This document shows positions 36,479 to 39,795 of a stretch of 39,795 nucleotides of DNA, one piece after another. The translations under genes were made by a program, and so were the position numbers. The DNA lies in contig JASVEC010000156.1 in NCBI GenBank assembly GCA_030770535.1, forward strand, positions 1 through 39,795, written 5' to 3'. The notes under the pieces are model-generated. The model made no database searches. It was not told where the DNA came from and saw nothing but the letters and a program-made list of their open reading frames with translations. The DNA is from Batkoa obscura (taxonomy: Eukaryota). Numbering within the stretch: the stretch's first letter is position 1; each line of letters begins with the position of its first letter.

Positions 36479-38548
36479 CTATAGATTCTCATAAAACTCC
36501 AAATAACTAGCTGGCAAATAGATCAATTTTTCTTCATTATCAATTGAATGGCATAGCCACCAATCAGGATCTTCTTTTTCAATAACAATAAAAATACTAT
36601 CTGGTTCAAAAACCGTATTGTCTTCATCTTCTTCATTCTCATTACTATATTCAAACAATAATTTATATTTACTTCTCTCTTCTATATTCTCATTATTAAA
36701 AATAGTTTCTTCTGCTATTTCATTGTTTTCAGTATCTTTGTTAATTTCTTCTGTTTCGATGATTGTATCCTCATTATATTGTTTGGTATTAAAGATGTTG
36801 TTGTCCTTAATAGAATTGTCAAATACATTATCAGTATTAGCATAATTATCAAATGCATTATCTTCATGACTATCCTCATAATTATTAATTTGATCATCAT
36901 CATTAAATAAATTATTTTGTTGCTTATATTCAATTTCCCCATCTTCATTAACAACTTCAACATAAGATTTAGGAAACCAATCCATTAAAGAGGGATTGTT
37001 TATTAAATAGCCTAATAGCCATTCTTCATTTTCTTCTAATACATTTAAATAATCGTTACATTGAAATTCAAATTCACTATCTTCAACTGAATAATCATAG
37101 CTAGCAATTGCTTTATAAAGTATATTTTGTTCTTGTTCTCCTTGTTCTTCTTCTTTTAACCCAATTACCTCTTCATTATTTTTATTTGTATCCTTATTAC
37201 TTATTTCTTCAACTATACTTTTTTCCTGTAATTCTTCTTTATTATCTTTACTCTCAAGGACGTCATCTTGCTTTACTCTTTCCTCTTTATTGTTATTAAT
37301 ATTATTCAATTGGTTAAAGAATGGATTATGGCTTTGTTTATTTAAAAATGGATTATTACTCTTTACTTCTTCTAATTTGCTTTCTTTTTCAATAATTCTT
37401 TCCTTTGGATCTTCTTTTATTTCTACTTTTGGTTCTATTACTTCGGCTTTTGGTTCTATTACTTCCACTCTTGGTTTTTCTACTTCTTTCGTAATCTCTT
37501 TCTCTTTTATTATTATATTTTGATCAATTTCTTTTTCAGGTTGTTTAGATGCAATCGATTTACTTATATTACCGTTGCTAAATAGCTCGTTGCTTCTAAC
37601 ATTACCGATGTTATTAATAGTATTTCTATCAGCAATATTATCACTAATATCCTCCACTTTAGTATCCTTTGTTTTCTTTTCTGGAATAGCTAACAATTCA
37701 ACGTCTTTAATATTGATATTCTCCGATAGCCTTATTAAATCCTTTAAAAATGATTTAAAATACACATTCTTACTAGCTTCAAAAGATTTATATAAATTCA
37801 TTTTAACTTTGAAATTGTTAAACTTTATCTTTTCTTTCATAAAATTTTCAGGTATTAAATTCCTTTTAATCGTTTCCATTTTACTTTGAATTTCTTCTTT
37901 TTCTTGTTGAATTGCTTTAATTCGATTGATTTCTTCTTCTTTTTTGATTTCAAGTTCAATTTCATATTCCTTGATCCTTTGTTTAGCCTCTTCATTAATT
38001 CCTTGAGTTCCATTTTCATTATTTAAATTCAACTGTTGCATCCTTTTTCTTAATAACTCTTTTGCTTTTCTACTAATTTCATCCCCTTCTTCCTCTACCT
38101 CCTCTTTCTTCTCACCACCCAACTTATATCCATATTGCACACTGTCTTCAACTTTAAATATTTCTAACTTAATCTCATAGCATTTATTTAAACTATTAAT
38201 CAACTCATTTTCAACCCAATTACCATTTTTTAATTGCTGGTTTTTTTCGTATAATTGAATAACTTTTTCATACTCTTTAGAATCTATCTTTTGATATTTT
38301 TGTTCTAATTTTTGATAATATATTTCAAAAAAGGCTTCTTTAAAGATCGGTACTTGTTTATATAATTCTTTACCATTATTTAACGAACTTTCTGGTAATG
38401 GTTTATCCCTTTTGGTTATACTTTGCTTCTTTTTGAGGGCTTCGAGTTTACCTTCAAGTAATTTGATGTTGTTTAGCAAACCTTCTTTTTTATTTGAGGC
38501 TTTAACTCTAGTCCCTGCTTGGTTAAATGGTTGCATATTAGTATGTAA

Positions 38549-38595
<47 letters not shown>

Positions 38596-39124
38596 AAGTT
38601 TGGAAATTATGTTCTTGATTCATCGAGTTATTATTATTATTACTATTCATATAGCCAGTTTTAAGCACCGTTAAGTTGGGATTATTATTATTAAACATAG
38701 GATTTACGTTGTTTATAGCTGGCTGAGGACTGCTATTATTATAAATTGGGATTTCATTTAAACTATTTGGCAAATCACAACCATTTACTCTTGCTTGAAT
38801 GATATGTAAACCTAAACAAAATTGATTAAGATCTAAAGAACCTCGATTATTTGGATCTAATAAGTTCCTATTAATAGTTTAGTTTAAGTCTCAGCATACA
38901 TTGTTTAGTTTCAATAAAGGAAAAAGGACACTAGATTTATATTTTATTAGAAAATAAAATTTTACTTACCAAATATAAAATAATTCTTGAGCATTCAAAT
39001 TACTCTGTAGAAAGACTTGTCTGGCTTTATCCCCAGTTAATAAGCGTCTTTCATCTCCATTAAGACTGATGTATAAATTTCGATATCTTTGTGCTTCTTC
39101 AGGTGTTAATGGTTGTATTTTCAT
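36479..39124 (-). CDS. EH-domain, coiled-coil, two-SH3 endocytic adaptor (intersectin-like)
   Basis: Exon 1 from 39124 (LTGDKARQVFLQSNL...LFYIW) splices to NLLDPNNRGSLDLNQFCLGLHII, completing an EH domain. Two NPF motifs; SH3 domains AIASYDY...WFPKSYV and LLFEY...DWW...YLPASYL. Confidence 0.88.
38549..38594. repeat. (ATT)n microsatellite encoding poly-Asn
   Basis: About 15 ATT units within the EH/SH3 gene. Confidence 0.9.
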
Positions 39125-39795
39125 TGTCTTTTTTAAAATTGAAGTGGCTTGGTGTTATTTTTCTAGAGTTCAAAATGTTGTTTTAGGAAAGAATACATTT
39201 TTGAAATATAATTGGCTAGTATCAACCAATAGACTGATGGAACGAAACTTTGGTTGATGGCTTTTAAAATTGTAGCCATGTTTTTTCAGTGCTTAAAAAA
39301 CTGATTTATTGGAATGTTTTTTGTCAGTTATCCTTTTTGCTATTTTCAAGTTTAGAAATTAACCAGTGCAGTTATTTAAGTTCTAAAGTGTTGATAAATG
39401 GTGAATTTTATAATCAACTATTTCTTTTATTATTAACTTGAGGCTTGTTAGCTTGGTTTTTATTTTGAAATCAGTAGCTAACTAGCACACATATAAGCTT
39501 GAACGGCGTACTGGTTAATTAGTTTGTAAATTCAAAAGTAACAAAAAAGGACAGTTGATAAAAAATATCTCCATAATTGTTCCATTTGAGCTAAACTAAT
39601 CTATTTTAAGGTTTTATTCCGAATAAATGCTACTTAATATATCTTTTATTTTACATTTGTATTATAGTTCTAAATTCTAAAAGCATTAAAATATTTTTTC
39701 ATGATAGAATTTTACAATAATGTTTTAAAATAACGTAAATACAATTTTAACATAATATAAAAAGGGTTTAAACCCAATATAAATTTATTTTAAAA

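Noticed and set aside
36618..39257. Several short ORFs overlapping the EH/SH3 gene
   Set aside because: Antisense or alternate-frame shadows of a low-complexity coding region.

Overview
Very AT-rich eukaryotic DNA with short (~50-80 nt) GT-AG introns. It is most likely from an early-diverging fungus (Conidiobolus/Entomophthorales-like; this is an inference from gene content and style). The window has two kinds of compartment. Two gene-dense conserved blocks: 6.1-18.5 kb (Rax1-like RGS protein, LisH/CTLH-WD40 protein, coatomer beta, TBC-domain protein, Elg1/ATAD5) and 33.0-39.1 kb (Opy2-like, mitochondrial PPR-like, EH+2xSH3 intersectin-like). Two repeat-rich blocks: 0-5.5 kb and 18.9-32.2 kb. 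The repeat-rich blocks hold seven paralogs or fragments of an F-box-like/LRR-like family (one nearly intact) and a 2.36-kb Sola-like DNA transposon with 22-bp TIRs and an ATAT TSD. They also hold two older fragments of that transposon, 11 copies of a related ~98-bp MITE, two ~400-460-bp TGTGAAAT...ATTTCACA elements with 4-bp TSDs, and a small secreted Kex2-type prepropeptide gene. All family assignments come from motif recognition by eye; no searches were run.
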